Shown here one piece after another: positions 54,327-64,000 of a DNA stretch of 64,000 nt. The notes beneath the pieces were generated by a model. It ran no database searches. It was not told where the DNA came from and saw only the letters and a list, made by a program, of their open reading frames with translations. Positions within the stretch are counted from its first letter, which is position 1. Each line of letters starts with the position of its first letter. The translations under genes were made by a program, and so were the position numbers. The stretch covers positions 59,892,001 to 59,956,000 of the forward strand of contig OZ024746.1 in assembly GCA_964016885.1 (NCBI GenBank), read 5' to 3'. This stretch comes from Eledone cirrhosa (taxonomy: Eukaryota).

Positions 54327-54512
54327 GGTGGTGGATTGGCAGTATCGGTAGAGAGTCGGACACCATGCTTTGAAGCATAGAGTTACGTCCCTTTATGATC
54401 TGAGTTCAAATCCCGCCGAGGTTAACTTTGCCTTTCATCCTTACGGGGTCGATAAAATAAAGTACCAGTCATGTACTGGGTAATTGCTGGCCTTGTGCCT
54501 AAAATAGAAACA
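54327..54512 (+). mobile_element. Family A SINE with 13-bp TSD, nested in an older SINE (about 54040-54660)
   Basis: attatgatacaag at 54314-54326 and 54513-54525. Confidence 0.88.
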
Positions 54513-55809
54513 ATTATGATACAAGATTGACTGCACTAATAATTGTGATCCAGCTTGTGGATTACATTCAATGTACATGCATCTCTTGAATACTCAACCA
54601 CTTACACAAACATTCCATTGATCGAATTGAACAACTGAATGCTCGTTGTCGAAACTGACAAAGGATCCATGTTCATGTTAATATATCAAATGTTGAAAGT
54701 ACCATGTACTCATGCAGCTGGTTAACAATGTACTTTGTGCTTGGGGTGAACAGAAATTCACAATTTTGGCTGGGGTGGGAGGGAGTAGAGATTTAAACAG
54801 GAATTGAAGTATTTTCAATGTTTTTTAAACAGATTTTTTGGTATTAGGAAGAGCATCCTGTTGTTGAAACTAAGCAAAAAATGGAACATATGTAAATAAG
54901 ATGATGGACCCTACTGATCTATCTAGCTGGGCAGTAATTGACTTGAATCATAACTACTCATCCAGCTCACGTCAGCATGGAAAAACAGATGTATAATGAT
55001 GATGATGATGGTGGTGATGTGATACAATATTCAAGGATACTGTAGTATGTGGCTGAGTTCATTCTCAGGCTTTATCAATGTCAGGTCTCTCCCGAGCATT
55101 ACTGATAACATGTAACCTAATACAACCTGTTGCATGGTCGGGCTGTCAGCGTCTAAACCAGCAACCCCACCAATCTTGCTTGGTGAGGAGGGTTATTATT
55201 GGACATCCTGCAGGAGGAAAACCAAAACCCATCAAAGGGCAGAGGAATTCATGTGAGTCAACGGCCAATCATGAGTATGTACATATTTATGCTTATATAG
55301 TGTGTGAAATTATAAATAAAATATCATTTTATCTTTTATACTCTTAGCTTTTTATTATATTATATTATCATTTTATTATACACCATTACTTTATTTTATA
55401 ACTCTGACATAATACTATTCAATGGCTCCCCAGGTTGTGGATAGGAAGCATGACAACCAATAACCACTCACACTACGGTCATGGTACCTCATAGGAGTAA
55501 ACTAGTGTTGGGAGCACAATGCTAGAAATAAATGTGGCAATTATTGACAGATGAATATTCCAGCACATTCACATATATCAATGGCAGATGACATGACTAC
55601 AGTGGCAACATTACTACAATGACATTCAAGAGTTGCTACTAATTGTCATTACAGTAGCAAACAGAAAGACAGCAATGATAAATAACACACAAAATGAAAC
55701 CCCATACTACATCTCTCGTCGCACATATGAAAAAGGCGAACAACACACAATGGAAGACCAGGCTGAAGTGATCGAAAAGTCTGTTATGGGAAATCAAAAT
55801 CCAAACAAA

Positions 55810-57265
55810 CATTCTTTGCCCACTTATTCCTTGAGAGGGTTATTGGGGCAGAGTACTCAAACACTCCTTCCAGCAGGTCCTGTCAGAAGCAACCATCTCC
55901 AACTGATCCGGCTAGATCCCCAAGCAAGACCAGCCAAGCTCTTGGATGTTATCCAACCATCTTGCTCAGGACCTACCACTGGGTCTCCTGCCTGTTAGTT
56001 TTGCTCATAAAATCTGTCCAGCGATTCTTTCCTGAGACATTCTAACCACACGCCCATAGTATTCGGAGAAGTAGTGACTCTCTGAGCTATGCACTCGATT
56101 GAGTAACATTACTCAAAAGACCCTTCAAGGGAACTCCATTTTGGCTGCTTCTATTCACTATCATATTCTTTCCATCATTACCCAAGATTCATCACCATAG
56201 GTAAGGGTTGTCACAAATACTGAATTGAAGGTAGTGAGTTTAGTTTTTACACCTCCCTCCCCTCTTCTGATTGCTGAATGCTAAAGCTGGCACATTATTG
56301 CACCAGCTCCTGCAATTCTTGCATTTAATTCAGCCTCCTCCCTTCCATCACTCGTGAACATGGTGCTGAGATACTTTAACTTCTCCACTTGCTTCAGTGG
56401 AACTCCATTCACATGTAGAGTGAACTGTGCAGGCTGTCTTAAGAGGATGATGTCTCAGTTTTCACAGCACTGATTTTCATTCCAGCCAGGCAGGACTTGG
56501 CATCAAACCTATCACGTGCAAGTCAGAGATCACCTTCCATCAAGTTGAGTAACACCATGTCATCTGCAAATTCCAGCTGACTAATTTTACAGCCGCCAGT
56601 CATGATTCCACTTCCAACCTGGCTGTGCTTGGCAAACCTGTTCATGAAATAATGAACAAGAGAGGTGACAGTATGCACCTTTGGCAGAGTCTGACTCTCA
56701 CATTGAATGGCTTCGATTTAGCACCATTTATCTGAACACAAATACTGGGGCATTCGTATAGAGACATCAGGGCAGCAAGAAGCTGACCATCGTCCCTTAC
56801 TCCTGCAGAACGTTCCTTGAGGAATGTGGTCATATGCCTTTTCGAGGTCTACAAAACAAGAATATATCTCTTGGCAATACTCCAGGAGTTCTTGAAAACC
56901 TGCCGCAGTGTGAATATTTGGTCGGCTGTGCTGTGTCCGGGGAAAAAACTGCATTGTTCATCAGCTAACTTGGACTCAACAATCTCCCTGCATCTCTTTG
57001 CCAGACACTTAGCATATACTTTACCGGGGAGGCTTAACACAGATATCCCTTTTAAATGTAATAATCTCTTCTCTCTCTCTTTTTGAAAATTGGGATTATC
57101 ACTCCTGATTGCCATTGCTTAGGTGCCACTCCAGAGATCCAGGCCACCCGACTCACACGAGTTAGCCAAAGAATACCTTCTCTATTTAAGGCTTTTAACA
57201 TCTTCCCCATCGACCTTGCAGCATTTGAGCTCTTTAACTTCTCTTGTGACCCCAGCTTCCGAGAT
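55810..57265 (-). mobile_element. Degenerate RTE-type LINE (RT region and 3' end)
   Basis: Frames encode GISVLSLPGKVYAK, STADQIFTLRQ, FVDLEKAYD, LSPLLFII, and FADD. Confidence 0.85.
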
Positions 57266-57922
57266 TAGTCACCACTCCCAGATGCCCCCCGCGTGCAGAA
57301 ACAAACCGATTTTATTAAATAAATAATTTAAAAAAACACTTATAAAGACACGAATCTTGCAAAGAATTAACTCGCGGAATCCATGCGGGATAGGAACAAG
57401 TGGAGAAGTATAATTATCAGTATTGTCCGGTTAAACTGGATATGACGATGGTGATGATCAATAAAAAAGATGTGTACTGAAAGCAAGGGAAAGAACTCTT
57501 AATTTCTAAAATCAGACAGTCGTTGGAGGAGAAAGAAGATAAATGAGCAAATCTTGGTTCAATCCACTTCTCGAGCTGCCGAAAGGGATCCCCTTGGGTC
57601 AATTTTACAACGATATACTTATAACATGTTTTCTGCTTTCTTTCCACGTTGTAAATGTAATACAAAAAAAATATTTTTCTTTCTCTGTAATCAGGGAAAA
57701 CAAGGACAACAACTCGTATTTTACGAACATATATCAGAACATTACAAAATATAAACAATAACAAAAATCTAGTTGGATAAGTTAGATCGTTTTTATCATA
57801 AAAATATTTCGAATTAAGTTATAAAATAATACATATATATATATATTTTAAATCTCCTTCAAAATACATCAACAAATATATTTATAAACAAAGCATTTCT
57901 TTCTATAATTCCTGGCGAAGCT

Positions 57923-58981
57923 TCAAGATTGTCCGATGAGAATCAGAGAGATCGAACTGTCATCGATCTTGTCTAACGATGTACATCGCATTGGAGGAGT
58001 CTTATGGTTGGGATGTGTGCAACTACCCTTCTTAAAAACAATCATATCGTTTAGAATATCAATAGAATACAGACGACAGAGAGATTTAGTTTGGTCATCG
58101 TTATCGATGTTGAAAATCTCAGTCAATTTATGAATGGGATACCTACATTGTTTACTACTATAGGCCACTGACATTGTAAGGAGGGCTTGTGTTCTGATGG
58201 AGAGGAAATGTTGGTGGAAAGCACATTGGGATATAACATCGTTAAAACGTTGAAATTGTCGAAATACACGAATGTAATTGTTCAAATGATAAGCGATACT
58301 CGTTTGATAAGCAGTTTTTAAAGGAGTCTTATTCCTAATTTCCGAATCTAGTTCGTAGTAATGGTTAAGCGCTTCCGAATTACCTAAATTGTTAATCTGA
58401 TACAAACTTTCGAATTCGACTCGATTGCAGCATGTTTCGGGCGTTGCCTCCTCGTATAAAGACAGCAATCTCTTGAAGCATTCCTGCAAGTGGGTGTTAT
58501 TGATGACAGGATCAAACTTCTGTCCCGCTTTCTCATCACACAAACGGTAAGCGGAGTAAATGAAGAAGCGAACCACTTTCTCCAATATGTCAGTAGCTGG
58601 AGTTCCGGTAATGTTTTGTATAATCATGTCTTGACGAACAGCACGTAACCGATCAAACACATATTCGTAAATATCAAGCCAGCTAGAACCAAGCTTCAGT
58701 TCAGTTTTAATTAGATTGCTCATCAAATAATTCACCGTTTTCTGTAAAACAGCTGCCGGTCTCAGCTGGCAAGGCTTGTGCTCGGCTTTTCCTGCCGCGG
58801 CTCTCGAATATTCTTTCACCATTTTCGAATGATCAGCACGTAATATTCGAACATTAGCATCACTGTCTCTTTTAGTTTCAAATCGGTGCAACAATCGTTC
58901 TTTCTCTCTAAATATTATTTCCTTGTGGGAACACATCGTAAGACATGTTCCAACGATGTAATCAGGAACATCACCCGCCAT
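57923..58981 (-). CDS. SAC3D1: SAC3 domain-containing protein 1 (SAC3/GANP PCI fold), intronless CDS, 352 aa
   Basis: Open frame with Sac3 motifs IVGTCLTMC, LHRFE, MVKEYSRAAAG, LRPAAVL, YVFDRLRAVRQDMIIQ. The short length fits SAC3D1 rather than GANP. First in-frame ATG is at 58981. Confidence 0.9.
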   Translation of the reverse strand: MAGDVPDYIVGTCLTMCSHKEIIFREKERLLHRFETKRDSDANVRILRADHSKMVKEYSRAAAGKAEHKPCQLRPAAVLQKTVNYLMSNLIKTELKLGSSWLDIYEYVFDRLRAVRQDMIIQNITGTPATDILEKVVRFFIYSAYRLCDEKAGQKFDPVINNTHLQECFKRLLSLYEEATPETCCNRVEFESLYQINNLGNSEALNHYYELDSEIRNKTPLKTAYQTSIAYHLNNYIRVFRQFQRFNDVISQCAFHQHFLSIRTQALLTMSVAYSSKQCRYPIHKLTEIFNIDNDDQTKSLCRLYSIDILNDMIVFKKGSCTHPNHKTPPMRCTSLDKIDDSSISLILIGQS

Positions 58982-59104
58982 CGTAACACGAGTCTGCTTG
59001 TTATTTACATTAGATTGCCACCATACTAATAAATAAAAGAAAAATAAATGAAGTGACAGAATCAGTAAAGCATTGAACAAAATATCAAGGTATTCAGTTA
59101 CGAC

Positions 59105-59560
59105 CTTTTGGCGACTCGACAAGTACTGTTCGTGAGGGTGCTTGGCTATTTCAGCGCCATAGTCTCGCTATCACAGAATGTCTTGAGATACTTAGTTGCG
59201 GTGGTTTGGCGGCTCGCCTTATTAAAATTTCAAGTGATGCACGTGAATCCCTCTAGTATCCCCGGTAATGCTGTGTCTTCAAAGGTTTTTAGAGGGAAAC
59301 ACCAATATTCCCTGTTGTAGTGTATAATTCAGTGTGCCTGTCTTCGCTGATTTTTTTTTTTTTTTTTTTCAATTAAAATTCCTTTGATTTGTCTCTCGTG
59401 TAAATCATATTCACTCTATAAATTCTGTTCCTTTTAAATAAACAAATAGAAGTATTAAACTTCAAACATAAAGACACACACCTGGTATTTGTATCAGCTG
59501 TGTGGGTGCTATCGCTTAGTTTTGTCTGTACTTCCGGTCAGCCATAACATGCTGTTATTA
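59105..59560. promoter_or_regulatory. Bidirectional promoter between SAC3D1 (-) and the ZNF gene (+)
   Basis: Locally CpG-containing unique sequence between divergent genes. ETS-type ACTTCCGGT at 59530-59538 followed by GCCAT, and a poly(T) tract near 59350-59370. Confidence 0.55.
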
Positions 59561-61072
59561 AGAAGTTTTGTGTAGATTTAAGAGAAAGATGTGGACTTTT
59601 GAAAATACTGTCTGGAATCTACAGTTGAGGGACACTCTGAGGAATTATAGAAGGCATGTATCACTCTTTGACTGTGTCGGCTGTTAATGAGAGAGAAAGA
59701 AGACAGAGATAAGAGCGGTATGTTGATATAACATAGTTTTGTTTGATATCGACTGTACGGTAATATATATTATAGTTGTTGTTTAGCACGAGGTCAGCGC
59801 TGATCAATTAGACGTGTGATCAGAGGCCTTCTATCCATGACTGTCACATATTTTTCCATATCAAAGACTATGTATTGTTTACTGTATTGTTTTGTTATTG
59901 AAGATGATATAAATTGATTTGAGGAAAAATTCAAATTTGGCTGCTATTTCTAGCAGATCCATCAACCGCAGAAAGGGTCCCTCGTTAGTTGGTAATTTAC
60001 AAATGATATTGTTAATTATTACTTTTGTCTGTTTTTTAATGATGTGTTGTGTGGGGTGAGGGGGTAGGGTCGTGTGGAGACAGAAGTAGTGAGGGTGTTC
60101 GGTGCTGTGTAGAGACAGGTAGAAGGGGATGTTTACTATTGTAATAGAGCATCAGACATCATCATCGATATCCTTTAATGTCCGCTTTTCCATGCCGGCA
60201 TGTGTTGGACAGGTCGTTACAGACCAAGCCAGTACTTAATCGGAGTTACTGCTTTCCTAGATGGATCGTTGGTCCACGTCTCGCTCAATACTTTCCATTT
60301 TTGGCGTGATTTCTAAATTAAAAATAAGAAATATGTGAAGATACGTGTCCTAATGGTTAGAGTGGTGGATGCACGACCATAAAGAGACGGTTTCTTGCGG
60401 AAGGTATTATCAACTATAGGAAGACCTTTTCTTCTAAATTAAAAATATGGAATATTTTCGATTTCATATTTTGTTTGTCATATTGTTTTTCCCTGTGTGT
60501 TGTAAGAGGGAACTAAAAGGATTGTCGTCAATAAGGACATCCCCCCATAAAACCTCAGAAGGACCCCATATTGGGTATGAAGCTTGTCGTGGGACCTACA
60601 AGATAAACCTTTGTTTTAGCAGGAAAAAATGGCTTTAACCGTTTTGATACCAAACCGTCCAATCTCCTGGTTTTATGTTATAAAGTCGTTGGTTTTAAAG
60701 TGTTCATATTTAAATTTAATCCATCCATCATGAGAAAGTTATATTACTAAATCACAACAAATTCTTGATTATGATTTTCAATTAAAATATGGTAACAAAA
60801 AGGGTTAAAACATTTGTTAATGGTGTCATATTGTTTGTTTGACAATGGTTTTGTTGTATTTCAGGAAACCTTTGTATCATGGAAAGATGATTGTAAAGGA
60901 ATATGTCTCCATGAAACTGTCTTACTATTCTGTGATGGCAGGGAGCAAAATGTTGAAGATGGCATGGAATGGAGCTTGGAGCTTCAGTGAGATTGAATTT
61001 CCTTCGATGGTAAAATAACAAGAAAGTATATATATATAAATGTATATTACATGATTGTAATTACTGATTCAG
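59540..61072 (+). other. Putative 5'UTR exons and introns of the ZNF gene
   Basis: Donor GCG|gtatgt at 59718, acceptor tttcag| at 60864, donor ATG|gtaaaa at 61010, acceptor at 61072. Confidence 0.45.
60639..60804. mobile_element. TTAA-flanked MITE (related pieces at about 41350-41540 and 46890-47350)
   Basis: TTAA-CCGTTTTGATACC ... GGTAACAAAAAGGG-TTAA. Confidence 0.65.
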
Positions 61073-61098
61073 GGAATCAGTGTGGAAAATATATCAAT

Positions 61099-61815
61099 AT
61101 GATGCAAGACATTATTGATACAAGGGAGAGACCCTTCCACTGTGATATTTGTGATAAAAGGTTTTTGCGTATAACTCACTTGACTGAACACATACGAACT
61201 CATACTGGCGCAAAACCTTACAACTGTGAGATTTGTGGGAAAGGCTTTTTGTATATTTCTCATTTAACAGAACACATACGGTCCCACACAGGGAATAAAT
61301 CGTTTTCTTGTGAAATTTGTGGGAAAGCATTTGCAAGGAAGGACTGTCTACGTAATCACAAGGCAACTCACTCTGAAGAAAAACCACACCACTGTGAAAT
61401 TTGTGGTAAAGCATTCACCAAGAAATATTACCTACGAAACCATCAAGCAATCCACAACATAGAGAAGACACACTATTGTGATATCTGTGGTAAATCATTC
61501 ACATGTAGGGGTTACCTTTCCAAACACAAACTAGTTCACACAGGACAGAGACCATACAAATGTGAGACCTGTGGGAAAGAGTTCTTACAGAATGCCAATT
61601 TAAAAACTCATAAATTAACTCATACAGGTATAAAACCTTACCCATGTAATACCTGTACTAAAACGTTCTCATCTAAGAGTGATTTGAAAAAGCATGAGTT
61701 GGTTCATACAGGAGAGAAACCATTCCACTGTGAAATCTGTGGGAAAGCTTTTTCAATAAAAAGTAACCTCAAAAAACATAAATTTATTCACATTAAAGAA
61801 ACTTTAACACAGTAA
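61099..61815 (+). CDS. C2H2 zinc-finger protein with 8 tandem fingers and no recognisable effector domain
   Basis: Eight CxxC-x12-HxxxH repeats with TGEKP-like linkers. An acceptor tgattcag| at 61072 precedes ATG 61099, so the 61051 ATG is probably intronic. Confidence 0.92.
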   Translation: MMQDIIDTRERPFHCDICDKRFLRITHLTEHIRTHTGAKPYNCEICGKGFLYISHLTEHIRSHTGNKSFSCEICGKAFARKDCLRNHKATHSEEKPHHCEICGKAFTKKYYLRNHQAIHNIEKTHYCDICGKSFTCRGYLSKHKLVHTGQRPYKCETCGKEFLQNANLKTHKLTHTGIKPYPCNTCTKTFSSKSDLKKHELVHTGEKPFHCEICGKAFSIKSNLKKHKFIHIKETLTQ

Positions 61816-62043
61816 GAATAACAGATATAGACTATGTTGTATAAATTATGTATATGGACTGTGTAGTGTATAGAGATATGGAGTGTATGTTGCATGAAAC
61901 TACTATATTACATAATGTGTTGTATGGAGATATAAACACTGTTATATGAAATTAAAAGGCCCCTTTTAGTCATGACTGACCATTGGTTTGCACCTGAAAA
62001 GTTCCTCTCTAAGGAAGACCAGCAGTCTATATATATATATATA

Positions 62044-62375
62044 TGGAGGCACATGGCTTAGTGGTTAGAGCATTGGCCTTGCAATTGAAAGGTTGTGAGT
62101 TCAATTATCAGACCGGGTGATGTGTTGTTTCCTTGAGCAAGATACTTTATTTCACATTGCTTCAGTTTACTCAGCTGTAGAAATGAGATGATAGGGACTG
62201 GGGTCCATATCATTCCACTTCAAAGTGGTCGTGGAGGTGGCACGGCAAAAAAGCACCCAGCACTCACTGTAAATGAGGTTGGTGTTAGGAAGGGCATCCA
62301 GCTGTAGAAATCAAGCCAGAATCAGTTCCCGGCCCACCCTTGCAAGCAGGGAAAAATGGACGTATGATGATGATG
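62044..62375 (+). mobile_element. Family B SINE, full length
   Basis: Same sequence family, inserted in (TA)n. Confidence 0.85.
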
Positions 62376-62405
62376 AGATATATATATATATGATGACGAT
62401 GTATA

Positions 62406-62484
62406 CAGGGTGTCGCCCCAAAATATATACACACTTTGATTAGAATGCTGTTGAAGTATGTATACATTTTTGGGGGACACCCTG
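62406..62484. mobile_element. 79-bp mariner-type MITE
   Basis: TA-CAGGGTGTC...GACACCCTG-TA with long imperfect inverted arms. Confidence 0.75.
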
Positions 62485-62819
62485 TATATATGACATGATC
62501 ACCTGTCCTGAATTGTCTCATAACATGACAACCCATCTAACCCATGCACGTGTGGAAAAATGGACATTAAATAGTGATGATGATGATAGTGTGTGTGTGT
62601 ATGCTGTATGGAGTAACTAACATACTATATAGTGTGTTATTTTAAATAACATATAAACAGGTACAACACTGAGTTCCCAGTAACTGATGATTCATCTCCT
62701 CAATTTATCCAAATATAATTATGGGACGTGGACATTTGAATTTCTCACAACTTGCCAGATTCATGTTAGGAGGTTAATGCATAGCATTAGATATAATTTT
62801 AAACATCTGTAACATGATA

Positions 62820-63385
62820 TTAGGCGGCAAATTGGCCGAGTCGTTAGAACATCGGATAGAATGGTTTATGGTACTCGTTCTGGCTCTCTGCTCTCTGATT
62901 TCAAATCCCACCGAGGTCAACTTTGCCTTTCGTCCTTTTGAGGTCGATAAAAAAAGTACCAATCTAGTACTTGGTTCAATTTTTCCTCGAAATCTCTTTC
63001 TCATTTCCTCTCTCTCACTTTCTATCTTTCTCTGGAAGAAATTTGCTGTACTCGGGTCTGGAGAGAGATGGGCTCTGCATGGCTTAAAAGGCCCAAGAAA
63101 TGCTGTATGTCAATACGGCGCCCCTACAACTCTACCAGGAGTTACAGGACCATACATACCATGATATGATTATAGTTGAGGGAATGGATTGGCAGAGTCA
63201 TTAGAACGTTGGACCAAGTACTTTGACGCATCTAGTTAAAACCCTTTATGTTCTGAGTTCAAATCCTGCCACAGTTAACTTCACCATTTATCCTCCCAGG
63301 ATTGATAAAATAGAGTACAAGGGTCAATATAATTGTCTTACCTTTGCCCACAAATTGCTGGCTTTGTGCTTAAATTAGAAATTAT
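62820..63385 (+). mobile_element. Two diverged family A SINEs (about 62820-62985 and 63180-63385)
   Basis: ttcaaatcc...gtcgataaa..agtacc core in both. Confidence 0.7.
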
Positions 63386-64000
63386 TTATTTATATATTTA
63401 TTCAATTTAAACGTCCGTATAGAGCTAGTAAGCCATGAGAGACTAGTGGAAGTATCATGTAGTCCTTACAGTTGGTAATCAAAAAGAGCTAGTGAGACAA
63501 GTAATTAAAAAAAAATTTTAAATAAGGAGGGTGGGGATAAAATATTGAAGGCCAATGGAAAGCAGATTATTATATTGTTCCACAAAATGGATAATCCAGT
63601 ATGGATTTGGAATCAAAGGGAACTAGAAAATCGCTGTTGTATCTGTATATAGTATGCTGTATTGAATAGCGTGCTATATAGTGTTTTGTATAGAATGGTA
63701 GATTGTACATAGTGTTTTATATTAAACCCATGCTAGCATGGAAGATAGACGTTAAACGATGATGATGATGAACATATTGAACAGTATGTTATATGAAATA
63801 ACCGGTACTAAATTTTTTTTTTTTTGTTAAATATGTGAATAATATTAATATGAAAAAAAAAAAATAATAATTTTTAACAACTCAGGACCTCAATAATCTT
63901 CAATGTTTGTTCGATAAAATGTATGTAATAATATGGAAGATATCACATTTGTATCTTTTAATACTTTTGTCATAATACTTCTAACAAAATCATACTGCCT

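Noticed and set aside
58982-59122. Hydrophobic N-terminal extension of SAC3D1 in the ORF track (399 aa)
   Set aside because: It starts at a non-ATG codon, and the hydrophobic run is a polypyrimidine tract of a probable UTR intron.

Overview
Eukaryotic, AT-rich, microsatellite-dense genomic DNA. The SINE/RTE repertoire and a finger-only C2H2 gene suggest a coleoid cephalopod, probably Octopus (inference). Three protein-coding genes can be supported. (1) An 8-exon C19orf47 homolog on the minus strand (CDS 52204 to 34407, 402 aa, all splice phases consistent by hand). (2) A SAC3D1-like gene with an intronless CDS on the minus strand (58981 to 57923). (3) An 8-finger C2H2 zinc-finger gene on the plus strand (about 61099-61815), head-to-head with SAC3D1. 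The first ~34 kb has no supportable host CDS. It holds simple-repeat tracts, a ~2 kb 43/42-bp minisatellite, tRNA-derived SINEs, two tail-to-tail Helitrons, and decayed RTE and RLE-type LINEs. piggyBac and mariner relics lie further downstream. The most notable oddities are hammerhead-ribozyme-like cores in a dispersed repeat, a twin-priming (5'-inverted) non-L1 LINE insertion, a Helitron fragment bracketed by a duplicated SINE tail, YY1-consensus islands in the repeat desert, and a dsRNA-prone intron 3 of C19orf47. I cannot demonstrate a wholly new biological system from sequence alone. Family assignments come from recalled motifs, not database searches, and repeat boundaries are approximate.
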